Shown here: piece after piece, positions 1 through 8,543 of the stretch
How the letters are laid out: every line of letters begins with the position of its first letter
Numbering within the stretch: position 1 is the first letter of the stretch
Origin: Massilicoli timonensis
Lineage (GTDB): Bacteria; Bacillota_I; Bacilli_A; Erysipelotrichales; Erysipelotrichaceae
Direction of reading: 5' to 3'
DNA length: 32,000 nt
Assembly (NCBI RefSeq): GCF_900199515.1
Contig: NZ_LT963434.1
Location: 54,057-86,056 of the forward strand
Made by a program: the position numbers and the translations under genes
Notes under the pieces: generated by a model
Told to the model about the DNA's origin: nothing
The model's database searches: none
Seen by the model: only the letters and a program-made list of their open reading frames with translations

Positions 1-2
1 AA

Positions 3-386
3 AAACGGGGGATGAAGTATGACAACTTCATTGAGATTCCGAAGGAATATCGCTCCTCTTACTTGTATCTGAAAGAGTATTTTGCCAAAAAGCGTCATCA
101 GCTGGTGCTGACGTATCGTGATTCACAAGCGCTGGCGGTGCTGAATTCAGCCAAAGAGCAGGCGCAGCCGATTGCGATTCCACAGGAGATGGAAGTCGTT
201 TGTATCCTTGACAGCAAATACAATGCGATGGCGCGTCCGCAGATTTCCGGTTATAAGATCCCGGATTATGACATGGGTGCGATGGCAATGCGTATGATTA
301 CCAAGATGCTGGCGGAGAACAGTGAGCCGTTTGAAAAAGAATTGGAGATGTTCAGCATCTATACACCGCGTCAGTCCACCAAATAA
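3..386 (+). CDS. LacI/GalR-family transcriptional regulator, C-terminal sugar-binding-domain fragment (5' end outside window)
   Basis: The frame is open to the left edge. The C-terminal pattern (IAIPQEMEVV...D...MG..A..M......R.ST) resembles the effector-domain tail of LacI-family repressors by eye. Confidence 0.55.
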   Translation, partial: KRGMKYDNFIEIPKEYRSSYLYLKEYFAKKRHQLVLTYRDSQALAVLNSAKEQAQPIAIPQEMEVVCILDSKYNAMARPQISGYKIPDYDMGAMAMRMITKMLAENSEPFEKELEMFSIYTPRQSTK

Positions 387-389
387 GGA

Positions 390-417
390 TTGACAAATAA
401 AAGAAACAGGTTATACT
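390..417 (+). promoter_or_regulatory. sigmaA-type promoter for the tyrS leader
   Basis: TTGACA at 390-395, a 16-nt spacer, then TATACT at 412-417. Confidence 0.6.
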
Positions 418-419
418 GT

Positions 420-637
420 TAGCGTACATGCAATGAAGAGAAAGAGTACCAAAATGAAATGTATAGAGAGATGATGGCCGGTGAAAATCATTCAGGAAGT
501 TTTGGGAATACACCTCGGAGCAGCTTTATGCAAAGTAAAGCCGTAGGTCTTACGTTACAGACAAGAGCGCATATGAGCAATCATATGAAATAAGGTGGTA
601 CCGCGTTACAGACGTCCTTAGAAAGGGACGTTTTTTT
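420..637 (+). promoter_or_regulatory. T-box leader (tyrosine specifier) with intrinsic terminator
   Basis: The conserved T-box core GGTGGTACCGCG lies at 594-605. An AGAGA-like box and GGTGAAA distal-loop-like sequence are present, plus a CGTTA F-box-like element. The GAA-TAC-A specifier context places a Tyr UAC codon at 509-511. The terminator hairpin ACGTCC/GGACGT spans 612-631 and is followed by T7. The element sits directly upstream of tyrS. Confidence 0.85.
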
Positions 638-661
638 ATGGAAAAGGAAGGAAGAAAAGAA

Positions 662-1894
662 ATGAAATTGTATGATGAATTAAAGTGGCGAGGACTGATC
701 AATGATGTCACCAGCCCCGAACTGGAAGAAAAGCTGAATCAGGGGGGGCTGACCTTCTATATCGGCACCGATCCGACTGCCGATAGTTTACATATCGGTC
801 ATTTTTCCTCTTTGCTTTGTGCGAAGCGCTTAAAGGAGCATGGACATCATCCGATCATGCTGGTCGGCGGAGCAACCGGCTTTATCGGTGATCCGAAGGC
901 AAGCGGAGAGCGCAATATGCTGAGCAAAGAAGTTCTGCGGCACAACTATGAAAAATTAAGCGAGCAGATCGAGCGTTTATTCGGTTTTACGATGGTAAAC
1001 AATTTAGATTGGACCAAAGACATTACTGTGATCGACTATCTGCGGGATTATGGAAAGTTTTTCAACGTCGGCTATATGCTGAGCAAGGATACGGTAAAAA
1101 GGCGTTTGGAAAGCGGGATTTCCTATACTGAGTTTTCTTATATGATCTTGCAGTCACTGGATTTTTTACATCTGTATGAACATTACAACTGCACATTGCA
1201 GTTAGGCGGACAGGATCAGTGGGGAAACATTACCTCCGGCTTGGAGCTGATTCGCAAGAAGCATGGTGCGGATGTCGCCTGCTATGGTTTGACGATGCCG
1301 CTGATCACCAAAGCGGACGGTACGAAATTCGGCAAGAGCGAAGCGGGAACGGTATGGCTGGATCAGGAAAAGACTTCTGCTTATGAAATGTATCAGTTTC
1401 TGGTAAACAGCGAAGATGAAAAAGTGATCGACTATCTGAAAAAACTGACCTTCTTGTCAAAAGCGGAGATCGAAGCGCTGGAAAAAGCGGTTCAAACGCA
1501 GCCGCATATGCGGGAAGCGCAAAAAGCTCTGGCAAAAGAAGTGGTTACGTTTCTGCATGGGGAAGCAGCTTATGAAACGGCGCTGCGCATTACCAATGCC
1601 TTATTTGGCGGTGATGTAAAAGCTTTGAACTTAACAGAGCGTCGAGATGCGCTGAAAAGCTTTGCGGCGGTAGATGTCGATGATGCGATCAAATGCATTG
1701 ACTTTTTGGTAAACGGCAAGGTGGCCGCTTCGCGTCGTGAAGCAAGAGAATGGCTGAAACAGGGATCGATCCAGATCAATGGGGTAAAGGTACAGGATGA
1801 GAATCAGATCATATCCAAAGCAGATGCTTTAGTGGATGATCTGCATCTGGTAAAGCGGGGGAAACGCAATTATTCCGTTATCCGCCAGCATTAG
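662..1894 (+). CDS. tyrS: tyrosine--tRNA ligase
   Basis: HIGH motif (DSLHIGHF), KFGKS (KMSKS-type) motif and a C-terminal S4-like domain. The start is moved from 638 to the ATG at 662 (MKLYDELKWRGL), which follows a GGAAGGAAG Shine-Dalgarno; position 638 abuts the terminator T-run. Confidence 0.95.
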   Translation: MKLYDELKWRGLINDVTSPELEEKLNQGGLTFYIGTDPTADSLHIGHFSSLLCAKRLKEHGHHPIMLVGGATGFIGDPKASGERNMLSKEVLRHNYEKLSEQIERLFGFTMVNNLDWTKDITVIDYLRDYGKFFNVGYMLSKDTVKRRLESGISYTEFSYMILQSLDFLHLYEHYNCTLQLGGQDQWGNITSGLELIRKKHGADVACYGLTMPLITKADGTKFGKSEAGTVWLDQEKTSAYEMYQFLVNSEDEKVIDYLKKLTFLSKAEIEALEKAVQTQPHMREAQKALAKEVVTFLHGEAAYETALRITNALFGGDVKALNLTERRDALKSFAAVDVDDAIKCIDFLVNGKVAASRREAREWLKQGSIQINGVKVQDENQIISKADALVDDLHLVKRGKRNYSVIRQH

Positions 1895-1915
1895 GAGCAA
1901 ATGCTCCTTTTTATT
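1894..1915 (+). terminator. intrinsic terminator after tyrS
   Basis: GGAGC-AAAT-GCTCC hairpin followed by TTTTTATT. Confidence 0.6.
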
Positions 1916-1941
1916 ATACGCATCTTCTTTTATTTCTAGGC

Positions 1942-1968
1942 ACATTGCCCGCCTTTCTACATACGATA
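1942..1968 (+). promoter_or_regulatory. mother-cell (sigmaK/sigmaE-type) promoter candidate for dpaAB
   Basis: AC at 1942-1943, 16 nt, then CATACGATA at 1960-1968, matching the AC-N16/17-CATAnnnTA sigmaK consensus. The B. subtilis spoVF operon is sigmaK dependent. Confidence 0.4.
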
Positions 1969-1989
1969 GCAATGTGAGGAGGCATAGAC

Positions 1990-2760
1990 ATGAAAGTAGT
2001 GGTAATGGGAAGTGATTATCGGATGCGGGAAGTGTATTACCGTTTTGCTTCTTATGTGGAAACCATTTTGATCAATGAAACAAGCGATCTTCATGAGATA
2101 AAAGGGTTTGATGTATTGGTGCTGCCGGTCCGTGCAGTCGATGCACAAGGAAACCTGTGTTTTCCAAACACGCTGGTAAAAAGCGATGAGGCGTTTTGGA
2201 AACAGGCGGAAAAGGGAATGATCTTCGCAGGATCACGCTGTCCTTTTTTAGATCAGCTCGATAATCAGATCTATTATTACATGGAGGAGGAAGCGTTAAA
2301 GAAACAAAATGCGATCTTAACGGCTGAGGGAATCTTATATTATATGATCGATCATACTGCGACTTCGATCTTTGCATTAAAAGTCGATATCATCGGCAAG
2401 GGCATATGCGGCAGTGCATTCGGCACATTATTGCGTCAGTTGGGCATTCGCCATCGCTATGTGAGAAGAGCGGCGCAAGGGGAAGATGAGATAACGATCG
2501 AAGCATGGAAGCAAAGCAAAGCGGGCGATGTGGTGATCATAACTGCGCCGGTCGAGATCATTGATGAAGCATGGCTGTACGCCCAGCAGCATCATCCGCT
2601 TTTGATCGACATTGCCAGCGGCAAGGTAGTGGACGCACATACAGCGGGGAAGCTTGGCTTTCCTTATGTAAAAGCACTGGGCATTCCGAGTATCTTTGCG
2701 GCAAAGAGCGCCGGTAACATCTTATTTGAGTGGATATGGGGGAAAGTGCATGAAGAATAA
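1990..2760 (+). CDS. dpaA: dipicolinate synthase subunit A
   Basis: The GAGGAGG Shine-Dalgarno precedes the start. The N-terminal pattern is MKVVVMG..., followed by VLVLPV and a Rossmann-like GKG.CG segment. The gene is translationally coupled to an unmistakable dpaB. At 256 aa it is shorter than B. subtilis SpoVFA. Confidence 0.8.
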   Translation: MKVVVMGSDYRMREVYYRFASYVETILINETSDLHEIKGFDVLVLPVRAVDAQGNLCFPNTLVKSDEAFWKQAEKGMIFAGSRCPFLDQLDNQIYYYMEEEALKKQNAILTAEGILYYMIDHTATSIFALKVDIIGKGICGSAFGTLLRQLGIRHRYVRRAAQGEDEITIEAWKQSKAGDVVIITAPVEIIDEAWLYAQQHHPLLIDIASGKVVDAHTAGKLGFPYVKALGIPSIFAAKSAGNILFEWIWGKVHEE

Positions 2761-3337
2761 AAAAATCTTGATCGGTATCAGCGGCTCTTTTTGTAATCAC
2801 CGCGCGGTTTTGGAAGAAGTGCGCAAGCTGGCTGTGGATAATGATATTACCTTTGTCATCAGTGAAAATGTAAAGAACTTGTCCACGCGTTTTTTTGAAA
2901 GAGAAGCTTTTTTAACAGAACTGCGCACGATCAGCGGAAAAGCGATCATTGATGATTTATTGCAGGCAGAGGTATTAGGACCGCAGGATCGTTTTGATAT
3001 CATGGCTATCGTACCGCTCAGTGCAACGATGTGTACGCGCATGGTGCATGGCCTTTACGATAGTCCGGTAACCTTGGCGGCCAAAGCGATGATCCGCAAT
3101 CAGAAAAATATCGTGTTTGGCTTTGCGAGCAATGACGGGCTGGGCATCTCCGGTACCAATTTGATGCGTCTATTGAATATGAAGCATTTTTATGCGGTGC
3201 CTTTTCGTCAGGATGCGCCGTCCGCAAAGCCACGCAGCATTGTCGCCGACTGGCAAAAACTGGAACAGACACTGGATGCGGCATTTCATAACGAGCAGCT
3301 GCAGCCGCTTTTGTTAGGAAGTGAAAGCGATGACTAA
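2750..3337 (+). CDS. dpaB: dipicolinate synthase subunit B (flavoprotein-like)
   Basis: Strong by-eye match to SpoVFB (GISGSFCN; DSPVTLAAKAMIRN; SNDGLGISGTNLMRL; FRQD.P..KP.S.VA; QLQPLL). The start ATG at 2750 overlaps the dpaA stop. Confidence 0.9.
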   Translation: MKNKKILIGISGSFCNHRAVLEEVRKLAVDNDITFVISENVKNLSTRFFEREAFLTELRTISGKAIIDDLLQAEVLGPQDRFDIMAIVPLSATMCTRMVHGLYDSPVTLAAKAMIRNQKNIVFGFASNDGLGISGTNLMRLLNMKHFYAVPFRQDAPSAKPRSIVADWQKLEQTLDAAFHNEQLQPLLLGSESDD

Positions 3338-4202
3338 ACGCTGCATGGTTGCGCTGATTACCCCGTTTCATGCGGATGGCTCGATCGATTACATGAGCAT
3401 GGCAAGACTGATCAGACGTTTACTAAAAGAAGGATGCGATGGCTTCATCGTATGCGGCACTACGGCTGAAACACCGACGCTGCGCAAGGAAGAACGCAGG
3501 CAGATCCTGCGCTTTGTCATCTCCCAGGTAAAGGGGAAAGCAGCAATCTATTATGGCTGCGGCAGCAATGACACATTAGCGACGATTGCGGCATGCAAGG
3601 AAGTCGAAAAGGAAGCGATCGACGGCGTGTTATTAGTAACCCCTTATTATAATAAACCATCGCAGGAAGGCCTATATCGTCATTTCAGTGCGATCGCACA
3701 GGCAACTACACTGCCGATCATGCTTTATCAGGTACCGGCACGCTGCGGCGTCGCAATGGAAGCGGAAACGATCATTCGTCTGGCGCACGATCATGAAACT
3801 ATCAAGGCGCTTAAGTTTGCCAGCAGTGATTTCGCTTTGATCAGGAAAGTCAAAGAAAACTGTGATCTTACGATTTACAGCGGAGAGGATGAAATGCTGC
3901 TGGAAGGGTTAGAGGAAGGCATGCAGGGCATCATCTCAGTCAGTGCCCATCTGATCCTGCCACAGATCAAAAAGCTGATGGAACAGTATGAGCAAAGCTG
4001 TATCGATCCGCTTCTGCATTTACAGATCAAGGCTTATGCACGGCATTTGTTTATGGAAAGCAGTCCGGCGCCGTTAAAATACCTGTTATCCAAGCGGGAA
4101 GAATGTGAGAATGTGCTGCGGCTGCCCTTAGTCGGCGTATCGGCGCAAACCCAAAAAACATTAGATGCTTTCTTTGCTTCGACAACATTCTTTTTTGACT
4201 AA
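3330..4202 (+). CDS. dapA: 4-hydroxy-tetrahydrodipicolinate synthase
   Basis: DapA signatures are present: ALITPF, CGTTAE, TPYYNKPSQEGLYRHF, LYQVPARCG and a catalytic-Lys context ALKFASSD. ATG 3330 lies 8 nt after AGGAAG; GTG 3321 is an alternative start. Confidence 0.9.
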   Translation: MTKRCMVALITPFHADGSIDYMSMARLIRRLLKEGCDGFIVCGTTAETPTLRKEERRQILRFVISQVKGKAAIYYGCGSNDTLATIAACKEVEKEAIDGVLLVTPYYNKPSQEGLYRHFSAIAQATTLPIMLYQVPARCGVAMEAETIIRLAHDHETIKALKFASSDFALIRKVKENCDLTIYSGEDEMLLEGLEEGMQGIISVSAHLILPQIKKLMEQYEQSCIDPLLHLQIKAYARHLFMESSPAPLKYLLSKREECENVLRLPLVGVSAQTQKTLDAFFASTTFFFD

Positions 4203-4217
4203 GCGCATACTTGAGAC

Positions 4218-4394
4218 ATGAAAGTAATCGTATTTGACGAACAGCATGAAGACGACCTCACCAACGCGATCAATGCGTGGATTGAAGACAACGCGCCCAA
4301 GATCTGTGAAATTCGTTTTTCCACTTGTGCGTTTGCCTTACAACAAGAACAGATCTACTGTTTTTCCGCACTCATTCTCTATGAGGAGGAATAA
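4218..4394 (+). CDS. cse60: sporulation protein Cse60 family (58 aa; below the ORF-track cutoff)
   Basis: My own translation gives MKVIVFDEQHEDDLTNAINAWIEDNAPKICEIRFSTCAFALQQEQIYCFSALILYEEE. The VFDE.HE.DL and EQIYCFSALI.Y motifs are typical of Cse60/YteV. No Shine-Dalgarno is visible. Confidence 0.65.
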   Translation: MKVIVFDEQHEDDLTNAINAWIEDNAPKICEIRFSTCAFALQQEQIYCFSALILYEEE

Positions 4395-4438
4395 ATGCGA
4401 AAACGCTGCGCATACTACAGGCAGGAGGTCGTAAAAAG

Positions 4439-4600
4439 ATGAAAACAGAAATCTTATGTAACGTGCATTCCTGTGTTTTCCACACAGATGATGATCGCTG
4501 CCAGGCAAAGACCATTTCGGTTACCTGCGATCGAGCGATTCAACCGCACTGTTTTTCGGAAACTGCCTGTCAGTCATTCCGCTGTAAAAACGAACAGTAA
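4439..4600 (+). CDS. DUF1540 domain protein (53 aa, Cys-rich)
   Basis: My own translation gives MKTEILCNVHSCVFHTDDDRCQAKTISVTCDRAIQPHCFSETACQSFRCKNEQ. This fits the C.V..C......C.A..I.V...ET.C.SF pattern of DUF1540. AGGAGG lies at 4423-4428. Confidence 0.7.
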   Translation: MKTEILCNVHSCVFHTDDDRCQAKTISVTCDRAIQPHCFSETACQSFRCKNEQ

Positions 4601-4602
4601 AA

Positions 4603-4641
4603 ATGCATTGCCGCGGTGATCAAGCGGCAGTGCATTTTTTC
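4603..4641 (+). terminator. intrinsic terminator
   Basis: A 12-bp stem pairs ATGCATTGCCGC (4603-4614) with GCGGCAGTGCAT (4624-4635), with one G-U pair, followed by T6. Confidence 0.8.
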
Positions 4642-4844
4642 TCCTTAAACAAAACGGATCAACCTCTTGGTACAGACGGATGCGTTTTTTTCATATGAGA
4701 TATTGAAAGATATTAAGAAAGCGCACATAAGCGATGCGAGGATAAAACACTATCTTATAAGTGTATCAAATATTCCATATAATGAGGGCGTACACATGAA
4801 AAGAGAAGTCGTAAAAAACTTTTCAAGAATGATGGAAATGAGCG

Positions 4845-4920
4845 AATGACAAAGCAGCGAAAACACAATAAAGAAAAACGTAAGAAGTCCTATGTCACAA
4901 ATGAATGATGTAGTTTTTCT
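4845..4920 (+). repeat. degenerate copy of the 3' end plus terminator region of the 8970-10751 gene (left copy)
   Basis: Positions 4845-4896 align without gaps to 10721-10772 with 47/52 identities by hand count. Weaker gapped similarity continues to about 4920/10800. Confidence 0.7.
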
Positions 4921-4961
4921 TAGTAATTGATTGATTTTCTACTTAAACTGTAAAATTTTGG

Positions 4962-4990
4962 TTGTAAAAGGGTGTAAAAAATGTTAGAAT
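4962..4990 (+). promoter_or_regulatory. sigmaA-type promoter candidate (P1) upstream of the AGAC repeat
   Basis: TTGTAA at 4962-4967, a 17-nt spacer, then TAGAAT at 4985-4990 with an extended -10 TG at 4982-4983. Confidence 0.45.
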
Positions 4991-5032
4991 AACACTGGGA
5001 GAGAAATCTTGCCAAAAAAAAGCGAAAAGGGG

Positions 5033-5061
5033 TTGACAGCAATGCAGATGGTTGCGACAAT
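5033..5061 (+). promoter_or_regulatory. second sigmaA-like promoter candidate (P2) abutting the AGAC repeat
   Basis: TTGACA at 5033-5038, a 17-nt spacer, then GACAAT at 5056-5061. The predicted start site would fall inside the repeat. Confidence 0.35.
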
Positions 5062-5120
<59 letters not shown>

Positions 5121-5184
5121 TAAGGTAAAGTCTGCGCTTTTTTGCGCCCTTTTTTACGTAGTTACATTATTTAATAGCTTATTA

Positions 5185-5239
5185 GGCGTGTTGCGCCCGT
5201 GTAGAAACTATCACGGACGCGACGCGCCTTTGTTTGTCT
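5185..5239 (+). terminator. long GC-rich hairpin with U-rich tail (terminator/attenuator candidate) upstream of the Rrf2 gene
   Basis: A 17-bp stem pairs 5185-5201 with 5212-5228 (1 mismatch, 2 G-U pairs) around a 10-nt loop. It is followed by TTTGTTTGTCT. Confidence 0.5.
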
Positions 5240-5287
5240 AAAAATCAAACCAAGACCAGTGTGGATTGAGTTTTGCAAAGGAGGGAT

Positions 5288-5710
5288 ATGTTGCAGCTTA
5301 ATATCACAACAGACTACGCAATCCGAATTGTTGTTTATTTGGGAATGACAGGCGGTTTTGCGGCTTCAAGGGATATATCCGGCAGCATGGGTATTCCTTA
5401 CGGTTATGTGCTGAAAATCGTCCGTAAATTAGCAGCGGCGGGGATTGTAACGACCAGCACGGGGATTTACGGGGGTATATCTTTGAATAAGAAGCCGGGC
5501 GATATTTCCCTGCTGGACATTATTCAAACCATGGAAAGCACGGCCAAAATTAACCGCTATTTGGAGAAGGACAAATATTGCAGCCGCTTTGCAACGGAAA
5601 CCTGCCCGGTAAGGCAGTTCTACTGTGTTTTGCAGGACGAGCTGGAAAGCAAACTTTCTTCTATTACGGTTGCTGCTTTATTGCAACAGAAAAAAGGAGA
5701 TGTATCATGA
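5288..5710 (+). CDS. Rrf2-family transcriptional regulator
   Basis: The N-terminal winged helix reads TDYAIRIVVYLG...SRDIS...GIPYGYVLKIVRKLAAAGIV. A C-terminal C-x8-C-x6-C cluster could ligate Fe-S. ATG 5288 follows AAAGGAGGG. Confidence 0.85.
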   Translation: MLQLNITTDYAIRIVVYLGMTGGFAASRDISGSMGIPYGYVLKIVRKLAAAGIVTTSTGIYGGISLNKKPGDISLLDIIQTMESTAKINRYLEKDKYCSRFATETCPVRQFYCVLQDELESKLSSITVAALLQQKKGDVS

Positions 5711-8468
5711 CAATGAAAAAAGACAAGAAACTGTTAAGCCTGTTGCTCTGCTGTGTGATGTGCCTGACGGTTATCCCCGTGTCGGTATTTGCACAGGCGA
5801 TACAGCCCAAAGGCATTACCTCATTCACCGGGCAGGATTTGGTGAACGAGGGACTGATCGAGGACATCAACTTTGCCAACGCGATTGCAGAATCCATTAT
5901 GGCAGATACGGATAATTTTTACGGGGACTACTACGGCGATACCAGTAAAACCATTGAAAGCTACGATACGTTGGAAGATGTATTGCAAAACTTCACCGGC
6001 GTTATTGACGCAAGGGATAGAGGAATTACATCGCTGGTAGGGTTCCCCAACCTGCGCCATGCGCTGGAAGTGCATGTGGAGAACAACGAGATTAACGACC
6101 TCACACCTATCGCAGTGGAAGAACAAAATTATTATGGCGATGTAAGAAAAAGATTTGAGTACAGAAATACAGAGGTATATATCGCCGGGAATCCGGCAAC
6201 GAAGTTTCCTGAAAATTTCGGAGGCGCTTTGGATTTTCCCGATTTTTCCGATGCAGGGTTTATTTCCGAAGTATACACCTTTATCTCAACCGGGGAGACC
6301 CCCCGATTTTAACGCAAATATTGATGCGAGCATCCAAATTGGCGACGGTTATGCCACAATAAATGAAGCACCCCTTAGTTTATATTTTGAAGACGGTCAA
6401 TTTGTGACGACAAATTTTGACCTTTATGAAAACCTGTCGAAAACCAATGCTGAGATTGATCGTACCCAAATCAATACAGACCATTTATATATTTTGAATC
6501 ATATCAAATCGACCGGTTTCGGTTTTGGAGGGTTTTCGCAAGTTAATGCGAGCACTGGCGGCGTACTACAAGTCAACTGGCAAAAAGCAATAATAAGCAA
6601 TGTAACGCCTAATAGCAAATCAAGGGAATGGCTGCTCCCCATTGCCACCCAAATCATAAGCAAGGTGGAAAAAGGGACGCTGCAATCGGATTTTAGCATT
6701 GATTTCACCAAGACCAGCGCGAAAACGAATCAAGTCCTGCCGGGCGCGACATACGGCCTGTACCGGGACGGAACAGACGAGCTGATCGGCAGCTATACCA
6801 CCGACGACGACGGAGCCTTTTCCATTCCCAACGACAAGCTGCAAGGCGAAAAATTTTACCTGAAAGAGATTACCGCGCCGGTGGGACACCAGCTAAATCC
6901 TGAAAAAATCCCACTGACGTTGAAAAACGGCTCGATTGCACTCGCTTCTAAAACAGGCAGCAAGGTGACGGAAAATACTGGAAGCACCACGCAAGAACAT
7001 GATTTAGGCGACAACGGCGTGTTTGCCATTGGCGGGGGTATGCTCACTATGCCCGACCCGAATAACCCCGGACAAAGTATAACCGTAGACCCGGCTGGGC
7101 TGGATTTACAAATTATCCTGCCGGAAGTCAACGGGCAAAAGGGTACATTAAAATCCTTGACCGTCACCCGTACCAAAGGCAACAATACCACGATTACGGA
7201 ACAGGGGATGGAGGAAACTTTCACAGGTTCCGTAGAAGAAGTAGAAGAAGCGGCGTTGGAATTTATCAACAAGGCGGTCAAAGGCGGTCACGGAATACGC
7301 TCATGTGGAGGTTTCCGCTGAATTTGAAATGGACGCCACGGCAACACAGAGCGACAAGGTTTCCAGTTCTTTTGAGATTACAAAGGAAACAGTTGGCGGT
7401 GCAAAGGAAGATAAGGACAAGGAATTTTCTTTCACGGTAACGCTTGAAAAAGACGGGCAGCCCTATACCGGCGACTATACCATTGACGGCGAAGCCGGAA
7501 CGGATAAGGACGGTAGCTTTGAGGTATCGCTGAAAGGCGGCGAAAGCGTTATCATCGGCAGTCTGGACGAGGGCACCGAGTACACAGTGACCGAAAACAA
7601 AATCGAGGGCTGGCAGGCCGAACAGGAAAGCATTTCCGGCGTTACCCAAGCGGACAAGGTAACGGAGGGAAAAGCGGAACCGGCGACCAGCGCGGACTTT
7701 GTGAATATCAAAATCCCAGAGCTGTCCTACACAATGGACAAAAACCGTCTCACTCTGGCGAAGTTAAAGCCCGGAACAACAGACCAGTATGGTTTAGAAA
7801 AAGGCGATACGGTAGAGTATGCCATAACCATTAAGAACACCGGCGACTGTGAGCTTACGATGGACGTAACGGATAAATTCACTGACGCGGACAAATTTAC
7901 TGATTTGAAAGTAACCAAAGTAGAGGGTGCAACAAGGAACAGCGACCTTACCGATAAGGTAGGCGTAAACATCACCGTCAAAGTCGGAGAAACTGCGACG
8001 ATTACCTTTAGTGCTGTAGTAGCAACGGACATTGAAATCTTGTCCAATGCTGCCACAGACGATGGCAAAGGGTATGAAAACATTGCCGAAGCGTCCAACG
8101 TCAAGGGGATCTATAAACAAGGGAATGACAAAACCATTGTCTATTCCCCCGATCCAAAGGACGGCGAAACACAGTACCCGGACAACCCGGACGGCACAAA
8201 TCCGTTAGATCCGCAGGAGGATAGGGCAACCACACCAGTTTACAAAGCGGACGAGGAACAACCACCGGTAGATCCGGAAGAACCGACCGACCCGGAACCC
8301 AGCGACCCTGAAAATCCGAGTGAGTCGGGCAATTCGGACGTACCCCAAACTGGTGATAAAAGCAATCCAGCTTTGTACTTTGCTCTCATGGGTGCAGGAA
8401 TGATTGGCCTTATCGCAAGCCTTTTCCTCAATAGGAAACAGAAAAAGTACGCAAAACACAGACGGTAA
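5707..8468 (+). pseudogene. large cell-wall-anchored adhesin split into three ORFs by two frame disruptions
   Basis: The three ORFs are 5707-6312, 6155-7321 and 7305-8468. Domain order runs: signal peptide (MTMKKDKKLLSLLLCCVMCLTVIPVSVFAQA), internalin-like LRR N-region, SpaA/SdrD-B-like domain (LPGATYGLYRDG...FYLKEITAPVGHQL), pilin-isopeptide-like domain (EFSFTVTLEKDGQPYTGDY...YTVTENKIEGW), DUF11-like repeat (GDTVEYAITIKNTGDCEL), Pro-rich stalk, then VPQTGD + TM + basic tail. Frames are rejoined by a -1 nt change at the G4/C6 run (6292-6304) and by removing one copy of the 10-bp duplication at 7271-7290. Confidence 0.75.
7271..7290 (+). repeat. exact 10-bp tandem duplication (AAGGCGGTCA x2) causing a +1 frameshift in the adhesin
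   Basis: Read directly. Deleting one copy gives ...INKAVTEYAHVEVSAEFEMDAT..., which joins ORF 6155-7321 to ORF 7305-8468. Confidence 0.95.
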
Positions 8469-8477
8469 CACGACGTA

Positions 8478-8513
8478 GCGGTTACAGGTACAAAACATTC
8501 CATACCTGACCGC
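8478..8513 (+). other. stable hairpin between adhesin and HU genes (no U-tract)
   Basis: An 11-bp stem pairs GCGGT(TA)CAGGTA with TACCTGACCGC, with a 2-nt bulge. It is followed by an A-rich rather than T-rich sequence, so it is not a canonical terminator. Confidence 0.3.
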
Positions 8514-8543
8514 CGCAATAAAAAACGATTGGAGGAAATAACT

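Noticed and set aside
742-748. G7 run inside tyrS as a possible phase-variable tract.
   Set aside because: It is in frame (Gly-Gly) within an essential, intact gene, and the length is modest. It serves as the background comparison for the G11 and G13 tracts.
4234-4434. 66-aa plus-strand track ORF.
   Set aside because: It runs out of frame across two better-supported small genes, cse60 (4218-4394) and the Shine-Dalgarno region of the DUF1540 gene. Its sequence is Arg/Ser/Thr-rich and not protein-like.
4667-4849. 60-aa ORF in the AT-rich region after the DUF1540 terminator.
   Set aside because: It has no Shine-Dalgarno at 4667 and begins inside decayed sequence. Its 3' part is better explained as the remnant start of a collapsed surface-protein gene (see the finding at 4796-4920).
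5134-5156. GCGC-T6-GCGC followed by CC-T6, considered as a first terminator after the AGAC repeat.
   Set aside because: The stem is only 4 bp. It is noted as context, but the 5185-5239 hairpin is the credible structure.
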